A stretch of DNA of 64,000 nucleotides from Podarcis muralis (taxonomy: Eukaryota): contig NC_135667.1 of NCBI RefSeq assembly GCF_964188315.1, positions 21,762,001-21,826,000 of the forward strand, read 5' to 3'. Position numbers and translations under genes: made by a program. Below the pieces are notes generated by a model. That model searched no databases and was not told the origin of the DNA. It saw nothing but the letters and a program-made list of their open reading frames with translations. The stretch's first letter is position 1. The number at the start of each line of letters is the position of its first letter. Below, piece after piece: positions 14,019 through 27,200 of the stretch.

Positions 14019-17000
14019 TTAATTTTTTCTGTATTTTCTTCTTATTAGCTCTTCCCTATTGTTCAGTTCAGGTCTCCATAATATAATGTAACATTTTGGT
14101 GAAAAGATGCACCCTAGCACCCCAGCGCTGGAGGCTAAGATAGAAAAGATCTCCACTGCAATCATGTATTTTCCTTTGGTGCTCAGGTAGGACGGAATAA
14201 AGGACAGCCAAACACTGCAAAAAACCAACATGCTAAAAGTGATAAACTTGGCTTCATTGAAACTGTCAGGTAACTTCCTGGCAAGGAAAGCCACAATGAA
14301 ACTGATAATGGCCAGGAAACCCATGTAGCCAAGAACAGAGTAAAAGAGAGTCACAGACCCCTCATTACATTCCAATATGATTTCATCTGTTACAGAGTGC
14401 ATGTCCACATCTGGGAATGGGGGGGAGGTTGCCAGCCACACCATACAGATACCTACCTGAACCAAGGAGCAGGACAGAACAATGGAGTTGGATAGTCTTT
14501 TCCCCACCCACACCCTCATCTGGGATCCTGGCCTGGTGGCCATGAAAGCTAGAACCACAGTGATTGTTTTTGCCAAGACGCATGAAACAGCCGCTGAAAA
14601 GATTATGCCAAAAGCAGTTTGTCGGAGGAGACATGTTACCTTCTCAGGTCGGCCAATGAATAGCAGTGTACAAAGGAAGCAGAGCAGGAGGGAGATGAGA
14701 AGAGTGTAGGTGAGGTCGCGGTTGTTGGCTTTGACGATGGGAGTGTCGTGGTGCTTCATAAATGTTCCTAGGATCAGAACTGTGATCAAAGCAAAGGACA
14801 GAGAAAAACAAGCTAAACTTATCCCTAATGGTTCTTCATAAGCCAAGAAGGTTACAGTCTTGGGAATACAGAAATCCTGGTTTTTGTTTGGATAGTTCCC
14901 ATCTGTGCATTTTTGGCAGTCGTTCATATCTGCAACATGAAATGATTTGGTCAAGCCATTAAGCTTTCTGGCACCAGTTTGAAGAACATGCCAGAGCTCT
15001 AAAACATTACAAGTTCTCTGTTTAAAATTAGTGCAGATATGATGAAATGTAGCAGAGGTTGAGTAGTTAAATTATTTTTAATGGCCAGCTTTTCACTGAT
15101 TTTTAAAAAAATCAAATAACAGATCACAGACACACTCCAGATTATTTTGTCTCCAGTAGCTTCCCCACAGCCTCTCCTTACCAAACTGTTCAATCATGCC
15201 ACCTAAGAAAAGTATTGCTATATAACTATTCCTCTTAATTATATATGAAATATATTTCTTACCATTCTGGTTTGAAATCTTCCCTTCTGGACATGGGATG
15301 CAATCATAACAGCAGAATAGCTGACCCTCCTTCACTATCTTGCTGTAACCAGGAGCACAACTCTTGCTACATATTGAAAGGGGTCGTGTCTCATACATGA
15401 AAGAGAATAAACATGTTCAGACTAAAGAGTTTGGGGTCCTTAAGTTTCTAGGGCTTTTCCATATGCATTTGAAATGACATGACAATTCAGTAATGTACAA
15501 ATGGGATCAATACTTCTTCTATTTCCCCCTTTTATAGCAATAAAAATGGCACAACATTGGAGCTCTCACCAATCTACATCGATTGGTGAGAGCCACAATG
15601 TTGTACCGTGGTCGATGGTATGAAAAGCCAATGAGGGATCGAAATGCATAAGCAAGGTCACACACCCCACCACTTTCAGGGCAAGCAAGGCCAATTCTAT
15701 TCTTTGGCCATTCCTGAACCCAGGTTGGGACTGGATGTAAGTAATCTGTGTCTTCCAAGGATGCCTGCAGCTGCCCTTACAGGGCCCTCTCTGACACCTC
15801 CCTGCCAAAGCGGATACTTACAACTGGTCAATAATTGTTCCAATCCAAGGGGTCCAGAGTTAGTTTCAGCAGGAACAGTCTCCCCACTGCCTCTTTCAAT
15901 GCATCACTTGCAAGGGGGACCACCCTCTTGTGCAGTGCAGTGTTAATCACACACTGGACCCAACTAGTCAGCCCCTGGCCCCTCTTGCTATAAGCCAGGA
16001 GGGATGGGGCCAAGGGAGCACATGTAATGGCCTCAAGTTGCAGCTCTGCTACCTAGAGATTAATATTTTAGTCATAAAAGGTCTAGCCCACCCTCCAACA
16101 TTTAATAAACCCAGGGCAGCTTAAAAATACAACATTCAACATTTGAATAATTCCCTACTTGTCTAGAATTGGATCCTACCTGGTTAAACCAGTTGTGCCA
16201 TGTTATGTCATCCTCACTGACTGTGAATGCTTGGTCTGCAGGACTCTCAGGATCAACCTTCCCAACTTTCACAGGACGAAATGATTGGTTCAAGGAAAAA
16301 ATCCAGTTGACAATGTCCAATCCAGCTACTACCTCCCCATTCTGGTTGAAGGATATTTTGTCCCCCACGCTGTTGTTAAATGAGATAACTCTAAGGAATT
16401 GATGGAGCTAAATAGAAACATAAAAGGCAAGACGTGAAAAAGGCTCCGTTAAGATCTTTCAGACGATGCTTCACATTTGAGTGGGAAAAGAATGATGCAA
16501 AATATGCCCATTCTTTATATCCCAGAGAAGACCACAAAAAGTCAAACAGGATGTCTCATTGGAATAAAGTCTATCGTGTCCTTTTTAGGTGGAAAGGAAA
16601 GGAAGGAAGAAGAAAATGTTAGCACAGTAAGAATTGGGAGAGAATAACATCCAATATACAGTGTGATGCCAAATGAAGGATTTTTAATTCAGTACCTGCC
16701 AGAGCTGTTGATTTTGAGGCTTTGGTCCTCTTTCATCCACCATTCCTCTCCGTTTGGGTATAGAAGAGGACATGTCATGTAACGCATGGGCCACAGCATA
16801 GACAGCATTGTAGATGCTGTAGCTATGACCAGTCATGGATAATTCAAAATAAGTTCCCGGAAGGCTTTCCATCTTCTCCCACCCTGTACAAATGTCTCCA
16901 CTCACATTATCCACAACCACATTAGGGAACGTGCAGCCAAATGCCTGTTGCCAGAATGGCATTATAAAACTATCTCCTCTTCTGTTGGATGGGATTCTGC

Positions 17001-18922
17001 TTGCAACAAATTGGGGGAAACTAGGTATATTACTGGAGTGAATTTTGAAGGACAGTGTGCCATGGAATGATTCAGTTTCCCATGTTCTTTGATAGACCAA
17101 TGAAGTGAACTCCACTTGTGCTGTCATTATCCATACTGTACCTTTTGGATTCTCGCTCATGTGTTCGAGTTGTGATACATATGGAAACCATCTGAAAATG
17201 GTCATGAAATATGATTCTCCATAGGCTACCACTACATTGGCTTTGCTGGCAATTATGGTATCATGAATTTTTGCTCCCATTTCTAGCATATCATTAATTC
17301 CACTGACAAAATTAAAACTGGGGATTTTTTCTAGGAAAGCAAAGCAGATACCATTTTTGGAAAACAGGGGAACTACAATATGTGCAAATCTTTCTCCAAT
17401 GTCATTATTCATAACAATGCCCCCAATCCACGTCCATCTAAAATGCAGCAGCAAAGAGAGAATCCCCATGTATTGTTGGCCTTCCTGAGGTGCCATCTGG
17501 TAGAAGGAAAGGCCTGGAGTTTTATCATTCATCACAGGAGCAGAACCATAAATGAGCTAAGGAAGTATTCACAACAGGGGAGAAAGACAATAATAAGAAT
17601 GCCATTTTCAAATGTAGGGGAAAACCCCCAATCCACATTCAATTAATAGTTAGAACAACCATCTAAGAAAGGGAAATTTTATTGTTCCTGTGACACAGAA
17701 AGGAATCTAATATTCAGGAAATGGGAGCCAGTCTATTGTCATCCAGTGAGTTCAATGCATAATGGATAACTGCTGTTGACTCTAATGAAAAGAAATAGAC
17801 TTGAACTCAAATACCTTTGCTAGGACACTCCATTAGAATGGAGTTAAACAATTCTACATCTCACCTACCTCAAAAATGGTTGTTTTATCGATGGGGAAAG
17901 CTATATTCTAAGGTGTTTTATGAACATGGAAGCAAGTAGTCCCCCATCTGAAAGTAAGACAAATTTTGCACTACTCTGAAGACCCTGAAAGCCACTCACC
18001 TTTTCATGAGAAGGGAAGTCTGGTGACAGTGTGTGTGTAGGTCTGTCTGTATAAGCCCCTGTCCTACTCCACAGCCTATATTTTGATATCAAATGCAATT
18101 GGATCAGACAGCAAGAAGTATGAGGCAGTGAAAAGGTTGGTTTCATGCCCATCTCCAACATGTCCAGGTTCATAATAAATATAGATTCCCCTCCCACACT
18201 GTAGCCAAAGGGGTGAGCACTTTTTATTGCTGGTTGAACTTTTACACATGTTTGGTTCTCAGAGTGTGGACCTTGACATGCAGATAAAAGTTAATCCTTA
18301 TCTGATCAGCTGCAACATTTAGCTGCAATGAAAGTTCATGAAGAATGTCTTTCTCAGCCAGCACAAGACAGTCATAAATAAATATAAGATCTGTGCACCC
18401 ATTTCTGACCCCAATCAATGAAATGAAAACAGAAAGAAAAAAATTCCAATACTCCGCAAATAACCTACCTGTGGAATCTTATAGATATCCAAGATGGTTG
18501 CAATGTAAAGGGATACTTCAGAGTCCAGTCCTCCAATGACTGCTGTCAGACTATTCTGGACACCACATGTGAAATTGGGGACAAACCTGTCTAGAGTGGA
18601 TTGAAATAGCAGAGTGGCCTGAAAGGTCCACTTTGCACTTAAATAGCTATCATAGATGTGGAAACCCAAGGTGACATTGGGTAAGAGCTGTGAGTTTTCA
18701 TTGATTTCCTTCACCGCATACTCCAAGGCCAAGATGTGTTGGTAGTGCTTAGGCACAATGCTAGAATGAGAGATGGATTCTGTATCAGAAGGGTTTCCCT
18801 TATGTCGGTAAAAAAGAGATGAATGGAAGAAAGAAGTGGAAGAAAATGTAAAGAAGAAGAAGAAGTAACGTAGCTTTGAAAAGTGTGACTATGTGGAGTA
18901 AAGGGAGCTTCTTTTCTTCAAT

Positions 18923-18982
<60 letters not shown>

Positions 18983-19356
18983 TTATTTGTATCCCGCCCT
19001 CCCCAGCCGAAGCTGAAATGTTACCATCATAACATTTTCTACAGCTCAAATGAATAACCCAGAGTTCTGCAAATCCAATACTTCATTATATTCTGATTAT
19101 TCTGGTGGAAGAAAGGAAGAAAGAAAAGTCCTCACACAAGCTCTTCCAGTAATGCTGCAGGGGGTTCTTCAGTGAAGGTGAATGAGCTGGAGATGAAGCG
19201 AGCCTGAGAGACAATTCCACCAATGATAAGATCACCTCGCTGATGGTACTTTTGAGGCGGAGGATGAGGACTATGGACCCTGCATTGAACATTGCAAACT
19301 TTGCATACCACGTGAGGAAGAAATACCAGCTGCAAGACCACTAAAATCGACTTCAT
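14019..19356 (-). CDS. Vomeronasal type-2 receptor (V2R) gene A, intact, ~879 aa
   Basis: Exons 19136-19356, 18469-18760, 16696-17556, 16180-16407, 15263-15389, 14019-14929 (2640 nt, in frame). Signal peptide, Venus-flytrap domain ([24 protein letters not shown]), Cys-rich domain ([12 protein letters not shown]) and 7TM ([21 protein letters not shown]). Confidence 0.93.
15595..15870 (-). mobile_element. Old L2 LINE reverse-transcriptase fragment
   Basis: Degenerate translation [37 protein letters not shown], resembling the L2 RT region preceding GVPQG. Confidence 0.6.
18926..18985. repeat. (AAT)n microsatellite, the tail of a short LINE 3' stub
   Basis: About 19 AAT units; the duplicate site at ~30398-30420 has only ~5. 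Confidence 0.9.
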
Positions 19357-19495
19357 GAGTACAATGGAAATATTCCTTCTACACCCAGATTCTCTTATTT
19401 TGTTCTTCCACAGTAAAATTGGGGTTTCTGTGATGATAAGTGTCTGCTAGTTTGGTCTGCTGATAGGCCAGAAGCCAGGAATATCAGAGTTCAAA

Positions 19496-19679
19496 CTGTA
19501 GAATAGAAACTATAGAATGAAAAGCAGAGGTGTGCAGAAGAGAGGTCAGAATCTACTAATACATGGTATTATGAGTGTAGTTCTGGTTCTGAAAAGAAAT
19601 TCCAGGGCTGAGCATGTGCTCAAAGGTATCCTGTTCCCTAATCCTTAGGATATGTTGTCTCCCTGCTGCTATCTGATAC
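19496..19679 (-). other. Candidate 5'UTR intron of V2R gene A (also present in B)
   Basis: Donor CCAG|GTATCA and a long pyrimidine tract ending CTACAG|, lying between the TATA-homologous site and the ATG. Confidence 0.45.
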
Positions 19680-20544
19680 CTGGCTCCACTGGTGGTTCTT
19701 GGGCTTCTATAATAAAACAAAGGAGATTTTGCAAGCCTGATATCTGCCTGCTCCTGGTGCCAAGTGTCCAAGTCCTCTCTCTGGTTCTAAATGGTAGTGG
19801 CTATACTTATGACATTGTTCACCATCTTATCTATTAGTTTTGCTCATGATCCCTGAAACTGTCTTGGATTTTTGAGAAGTAGCGGAGTTATAATTAGAGT
19901 TCTTTTAATAATGAGAGAAGCGGGCTATTATGGTCAAAATTGGGTATTCCTGTGGGTTTTGAGATTGCAGCAGAATTAATCACCATCATTTTGGTCATTA
20001 AATAGGAAGTTAATCACCATCTGAAATCTGGGGAATTGCTGAAGAAATCTTGTTTTTCACATCTGAACTATAGCTTTCTCTCCTTTTAAGAGAGTAGGAC
20101 TTGGAATGACAGAGAACAAGAAAATGATACCAAGAAAGCTTGCCACACTTTTGTGACATTATTTTGGTTCTTCCCAAGGCAAGGCATTTCTCAAGTGTAG
20201 ATTCCAGCAATAAAAGACTGGTGTGGGAGCAGAGAAGTAATGATTATACTTGTTGATGCAGCTGAGCTTCTTGAGAATATGCCAAATAAAAGACGTTTGC
20301 TCAATAATCTTTTTGTAATTTTGAAATAATATTTTAAACCGCCCCCCCTCCAATCCAACCCTGTGTTATTTTTGGCTTTTGCAACCTGAGCATGCCACTG
20401 TTGCAGGGGGAAAGTCCTTTAACCTATCATACTGTGTAATGGAATACAGTTAGCAGAGCTGTCTGTCCAGGGTTATATCTTTCATTTACGGTATATACAG
20501 AAAACCCACAACTCATGCATATTAATTTGTGTTCATTTAACTTT

Positions 20545-20785
20545 NNNNNNNNNNNNNNNNNNNNNNNNNNNNNNNNNNNNNNNNNNNNNNNNNNNNNNNN
20601 NNNNNNNNNNNNNNNNNNNNNNNNNNNNNNNNNNNNNNNNNNNNNNNNNNNNNNNNNNNNNNNNNNNNNNNNNNNNNNNNNNNNNNNNNNNNNNNNNNNN
20701 NNNNNNNNNNNNNNNNNNNNNNNNNNNNNNNNNNNNNNNNNNNNNNNNNNNNNNNNNNNNNNNNNNNNNNNNNNNNNNNNNNNNN
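20545..20785. other. Assembly gap (~240 N)
   Basis: N run with the same flanks as the gap at 31972-32183. Confidence 0.99.
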
Positions 20786-20884
20786 TAGATGTCCAAGAAA
20801 CAACATTGTCATTTTGAGAATTTGAAATTTTGGTTTCAGTGCAATCCCTGGAATGTAATCCCCACATAAGTTATGGGCTTACTG

Positions 20885-21135
20885 TACAGTGGCACCTCGG
20901 GTTACAGATGCTTCAGGTTACATGATTTCGGGTTGCGCATCGTGCCGAACCTGGAAGTACGGGAATGGGTTACTTCCGGGTTTTGGCACTCGTGCTAAAT
21001 TGCACTTTGGGCATGTGCAGAAGTGCCGAATCGTGACCCACGCATGCGCAGACGTGGCGCTGCGAGTTGCGAACGCTGCAGGTTGTGAACGTGCCTCCTG
21101 CACGGATCACATTCACAACCCAAGGCTCCACTGTA
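20885..21135. mobile_element. Tc1/mariner-pogo-type MITE
   Basis: TA-CAGTGGCACCTCGGGTT ... AACCCAAGGCTCCACTG-TA; duplicated at 32283-32547. Confidence 0.8.
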
Positions 21136-21286
21136 TTTCAATGTAGCAGTTTCAGTGGTACAGACCGTAGTGCTTTTCTGGTCAAGTTTGACTTTAAATT
21201 GGCCTTTATTCTGCAGCCAGGGCATTACATAGGGTAGCTGCTGAAAATAAGATTCTCACAAACTATTGTATACAGAAACAAATTAT

Positions 21287-24200
21287 TCATTCTTTTCTTC
21301 TTATTAGCTGTTCCTTGTTGTTCAGCTCAGGTCTCAAAATAATAATGTAGCATTTGGGGGAAAAGATGCAACCCAGCAAGCCAGCGCTGGAGGCTAAAAT
21401 GGAAAAGATCTCCACAGCAACCATGTATTTTCCCTTGGTGCTCAGGTAGGTTGGAACAAAGGACAACCAAACACTGCAAAAAACCAACATGCTGAAAGTT
21501 ATGAACTTGGCTTCGTTGAAACTGTCCGGCAACTTCCTGGCAAGGAATGCCACAATGAAACTGACAATGGCCAAGAAGCCCATGTAGCCAAGAACAGAGT
21601 AAAACAGAGTCACAGACCCCTCATTACATTCTAGTATAATTTCTTCAGTCATTGAGTGCCTGTCAGCATCTGGGAATGGAGGAGAGGTTGCCAGCCATAA
21701 AGTACAAATGCCTACTTGAATAACAGAGCAGGAAAGAACAATGGTGTTAGCTAGCTTTTTCCCCACCCACTTCCTCATCCTGGATCCTGGCCTGGTGGCC
21801 ATGAATGCAAGAACCACTGTGATGGTTTTTGCCAAGACACAAGAAATAGCCACAGAGAAGACACTTCCAAAAACTGTTTGTCGCAGGAGACACGTCACCA
21901 TCTCAGGTTGGCCAATGAACTGTAAAGCACACAGGAAGCAGAGCAAGAGGGAGATGAGGAGAATGTAGGTGAGGTCACGGTTGTTGGCTTTGACGATGGG
22001 AGTGTCATGGTGCTTCATAAATGTTCCTAGGTTCAGAACTGTGATCAAAGCAAAGGACAGAGAAAAACAAGCTAAACTGACCCCTAATGGTTCTTCATAA
22101 GACAAGAAGGTTACAGTCTTGGGAATACAGAAATCCTGGTTTTTGTTTGGATAGTTCCCATCTGTGCATTTCCGGCAGTCGTTCATATCTGCAACATGAA
22201 AAAGATTTTGTCTTACGCCATTAATCTTGTAAGAAATGGCAAAATCATTCCTCTAGGACCAATAAAAACCATGTAGAGTGGTACCTCGGGTTACATACGC
22301 TTCAGGTTACATACGCTTCAGGTTACACACTCCGCTAAACCAGAAATAGTGCTTCAGGTTAAGAACTTTGCTTCAGGATAAGAACAGAAATCGGGCTCCA
22401 GCAGTGCGGCAGCAGCAGGAGGCCCCATTAACTAAAGTGGTGCTTCAGGTTGAGAACAGTTTTAGGTTAAAAACAGACCTCCGGAACGAATTAAGTACTT
22501 AACCCGAGGTGCCCCTGTATTCAAGTTACATGATAAATTTAATGCTGTTACTCTGCAATGTGGCAGCATCTGGTATTTAAATCTGGAGGTTTTAAAGTCA
22601 TTTAAATAGATATAAGTCCAACTTTCTGTTTAGGCATGAAGATGTAGTAAACCAGCTGTGATCATAGAGCCCTGCTAATGGTGACTGGAGTCCAATTATC
22701 ATTAAACCTTCAACAAAAATCGACTGCATCAGTGTATTGGACACACAGCATGTTGGGTATCGCTGACCTCACATTAGTTTTTAAAAAATAAAATATGTGC
22801 CATTAACATACCTATAATTATTTATATAGTTGCTAAAATATTAAACATGTATACAATATTGCAAATAATGATTGTACAACTGAGCAAGAATAATCTGTTG
22901 TGAATTACTGGTAACAATGAGTATTCAGATCTTGCGAGCATAACATACGCTTCCTGAGCAGCCTACGCACATGTAGGTGGACAAAACAGTTGATTAAAGC
23001 ATATGGTTGCTGCAATTTTCGGTCATTGCATTAGTTGCAAAGATGACACCCTTCTCTTTTCTCAGTGTCAGCAGTGCTAGGTGCTACTACTTCTGAGGGT
23101 GCCTTGCTTGATGTCCCAGGGAAAGTGGCTTTGTTTTTAACTCAACCCACTACTTGATTTAGGGATCACAGAGGAGTTTTATTTAATCTGCATTATGGAG
23201 TGAACCTGTGCATTCCATCCCTCCCAGAGCCATGTGCAGAAATGGATTATTCTGCATCTATGCAAACTGATGTGCACATGGTGATATGATAGCCATGTTC
23301 AAATATATAAAAGGATGTCACATAGAGGAGGGAGAAAGGTTGTTTTCTGCTGCTCCAGAGAAGCGGACACGGAGCAATGGATCCAAACTACAAGAAAGAA
23401 GATTCCACCTAAACATTAGGAAGAACTTCCTGACAGTAAGAGCTGTTCGACAGTGGAATTTGCTGCCAAGGAGTGTGGTGGAGTCTCCGTCTATGGAGGT
23501 CTTTAAGCAGAGGCTTGACAACCATATGTCAGGAGTGCTCTGATGGTGTTTCCTGCTTGGCAGGGAGTTGGACTCGATGGCCCTTGTGGTCTCTTCCAAC
23601 TCTATGATTCTATGATTCTATGGGCAAGAGGTGGTCCAAAGATGGTCTTCTTTATTAACAGTTTACAGTAGGGACCAGAGGAGAAATGACCACTGGGGGG
23701 AGTGCAGAGAGAAGAAAGACCATGGTGCATCTGTAGCAACAAAACCGGACTCCTTCATCTGCCCCATCTGCAGTAAAACATGTCTCTCCTGTATCAGTTT
23801 CTACAGCAACAGCAGGCACTGCAGCTCTTCAATGGTTTGATCTCAACCCTGAAGGCACACTCTTTCATTGTCTCCTGAGACAGATGAATGCCATCAACAA
23901 CAGTTGCTGCTTGGAGCACCAAGAAAAACCCATGCTCCATGGGCTGCTCTATGCAGGGGTCAGCAACATTTTTCAGCCGTGGGCTGGTCCAACATCCCTC
24001 AGACCATGTGGTGGGCTGGACTATATTTTTTGGGGGGAAATGAGTGAATTCCTATGCCCCGCAAATAACCCAGAGATGCATTTTAAATAAAAGGACACAT
24101 TCTACTCATGTAAAAACACCAGGCTGGCCCCACAAATAACCCAGAGATGCATTTTAAATAGAAGGACACATTCCACTCATGTAAAAACACGCTGATTCCC

Positions 24201-27200
24201 AGACCGTCCATGGGCCAGATTGAGAAGGCAACTGGGCTGCATCCGGCCCATGGGCCTTAGGTTGCCTACCCCTGCTCTATGTCATAATATGCATAGTATA
24301 TGCACATATTTCATTTTAAACTGAATTGACCCTCCCCCCCAGTTCACACCATCAGTAGCTGTTCAAGCGCCACTAGAATCAGAAACCGCCCACCCTGGCT
24401 ACTGTTTGATAAAGTATGTGGACATGTATGTGGAAACCATCTGCTCTTGCATGGCCATATCACCTTTAATACATGTTTAATAATAAAGAATGATGTCCAC
24501 CATATATATCAAAACTTATGTCCCAGAGTGCAGAAGAGTAATAACCTCACCCCCCCCCTTTTTAAGCAGTTCTGTATACCTATTCCTCTGGATTATATTT
24601 GGTCTACTTGGTAAACCAGGAGAATATATTTTTTACCCTTCTGCTCTGAAATCTTCCCTTCTGGACATGGGATGCAATCATAGCAGCAGAATGGCTCCCC
24701 CTCCTTCACCTTCTTGCTGGACCCAGGGTGGCAACTCTCGGTACATATGGAAAGAGGCTGCGTCTAATCCAAATATGAAAGAGGAGAACAATGTTCAGAA
24801 TGAAGAGCTTGGAATCCTTAAATGTCCAGGAATTTTCCATATGCTTCCAAAGTGACAAGACTATTCAGTAATGTATGAATGGGCTCAAAACTACCACCAT
24901 TTTCTTTTTCTACAAACAATTAATACGGTACAGCATTATTCTTTTATTTATACCTACACAGACAACATATTGTAAAAATTGAATAGGTTTCTATAAATTT
25001 GGTCTCAATTTTGCTTCCTACACAGTAGTATGGTTTCACTATTGTTGCCATCTTTTTAAAAAGAATAATTCAGAGTTGGAAGATCTTTTTTCTTCCATTT
25101 CTTTTTACAAGATGACAGTGATTTTGTTCACTGCCATTTCCCTCCAAATTGACTCCTGTTTTAATGCATATTTTGGGCACAGTATTTTCAACAAAAACAA
25201 CATCTTACTGAAAATATTTGTAACATGGTGGCAACAATCCTATTTTTCTCTATAAAATTTCCAAATTTTGAACTCCCTTCCCCCCTAATTAATGAAATGT
25301 GATCCCTGATTTCTCCTAAGAAATCTATTAGTTTTATTACAGAAGCCAGAGGGGAGATACCTGGACTTAATTTATTTTTATACTTATCCCATATTTTTAA
25401 TAATTGTGACAGTGTCACATTCTGCTTCAGAGCTTCTTCCCTCTATTTACTCCTTAGCAAATATTTCCAATGTAATAAAAACAATAAAAACAATCTATTA
25501 CAAGGGAATAGGAGAGGGAAATGCAGAAAACAGAGGTGAAACAACAGAATATATATATAGGGTGGGAAAATGGTATATTGAACATCATTCCAGAGGTTAT
25601 AATTAAATTGCCAGTTTTCACAATTATTATTGGAATGAGTCCTTCAAGAGGATCTGATTAGTTTCTTTTAAATTACTTCTAAAGGGGAAATCTGGACTAT
25701 TATTTCATTATCTGCTTCTCTCAGCAAGCGTAGATGGAGCAGCAGGTACCACACCTTCCCACAAGGAAATATTCAACATGGACCCACCGGATCAACTCTC
25801 CCTCACTTGATTTCACCAGCCATGATGGGAAGGGTTTGAGAGGACATGTAAAAAAAGGTAAAGGACCCCTGAGAGTTCAGTCCAGTCGCGAATGACTCTG
25901 GGGTTGCATTGCTCATCTCGCTTTACTGGCCAAGGGAGCTATCATTTGTCTGCAGACTGTTTTTCTGGGTCATGTGGCCAGCATGACTAAGCCACTTCTG
26001 GCACAATGGAACACCGAAACCAGAGCAGTGCACGGAAATGCCCTTTACCTTCCCACCGGAGTGGTGCCTATTTATCTACTTGCACCTTGACGTGCTTTCA
26101 AACTGCAAGGTGGGCAGGAGCAGGGACTGAGTAACGGGCGCTCACCCCGTCATGGGGATTCAAACCGCCAACCTTCCAATCGGCAAGCCCAAGGCTCAGT
26201 GGTTTAGACCACAGCACCACCCGTGTCCCCTTGAGAGGGCATGTAGTCAGACACATTTCTGCAAGCACCCTGTTCACATTATTAGGCCATATAAACCGGA
26301 AATATGCAATATGCCAGCAAGTTTGGAAAACTCAGCAGTGGCCAGAGGATTGGAGAAGATCAGTCTACATCCCAATCCCAAAGAAGGGCAGTGCCAAAGA
26401 ATGCTCCAACTACCGCACAATTGCGCTCATTTCACATGCTAACAAGGTTATGCTTAAAATTCTACAAGGAAGGCTCAAGCAGTATGTGGACCGAGAACTC
26501 CCAGAAGTGCAAGCTGGATTTAGAAGAGGAAGAGGAACCAGAGACCAAATTGCAAACATGCGCTGGATTATGGAGAAAGCTAGAGAGTTCCAGAAAGACA
26601 TCTACTTCTGCTTCATTGACTATGCAAAAGCCTTTGATTGTGTTGACCACAGCAAACTATGGCAAGTTCTTAAAGAAATGGGAGTGCTTGATCACCTCAT
26701 CTGTCTCCTGAGAAATCTCTATGTGGGACAAGAAGCAACAGTTAGAACTGGATATGGAGCGCAAAATATGGTTTGAAGCTCAACATCAAAAAAACGAAGA
26801 TCTTGGCCACTGGTCCCATCACCTCATGGCAAATAGAAGGGGAAGAAATGGAGGCAGTGAGGGATTTTACTTTCTTGGGCTCCATGATCACTGCAGATGG
26901 TGACAGCAGCCATGAAATTAAAAGACGCCTGCTCCTTGGGAGAAAGGCGATGGCAAACCTAGACAACATCTTAAAAAGCAGAGACATCACCTTGCCAATA
27001 AAGGTCCGTATAGTAAAAGCCATGGTTTCCCCAGTAGTGATGTATGGAAGTGAGAGCTGGACCATAAAGAAGGCTGATCGCCGAAGAACTGATGCTTTTG
27101 AATTATGGTGCTAGAGGAGACTCTTGAGAGTCCCATGGACTGCAAGAAGATCAAACCTCTCCATTCTGAAGTAAATCAGTCTGAGTGCTCACTGGAAGGA

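Noticed and set aside
20427-20867. ORFs containing long X runs (also 31860-32223)
   Set aside because: They are artefacts of translating through N gaps.
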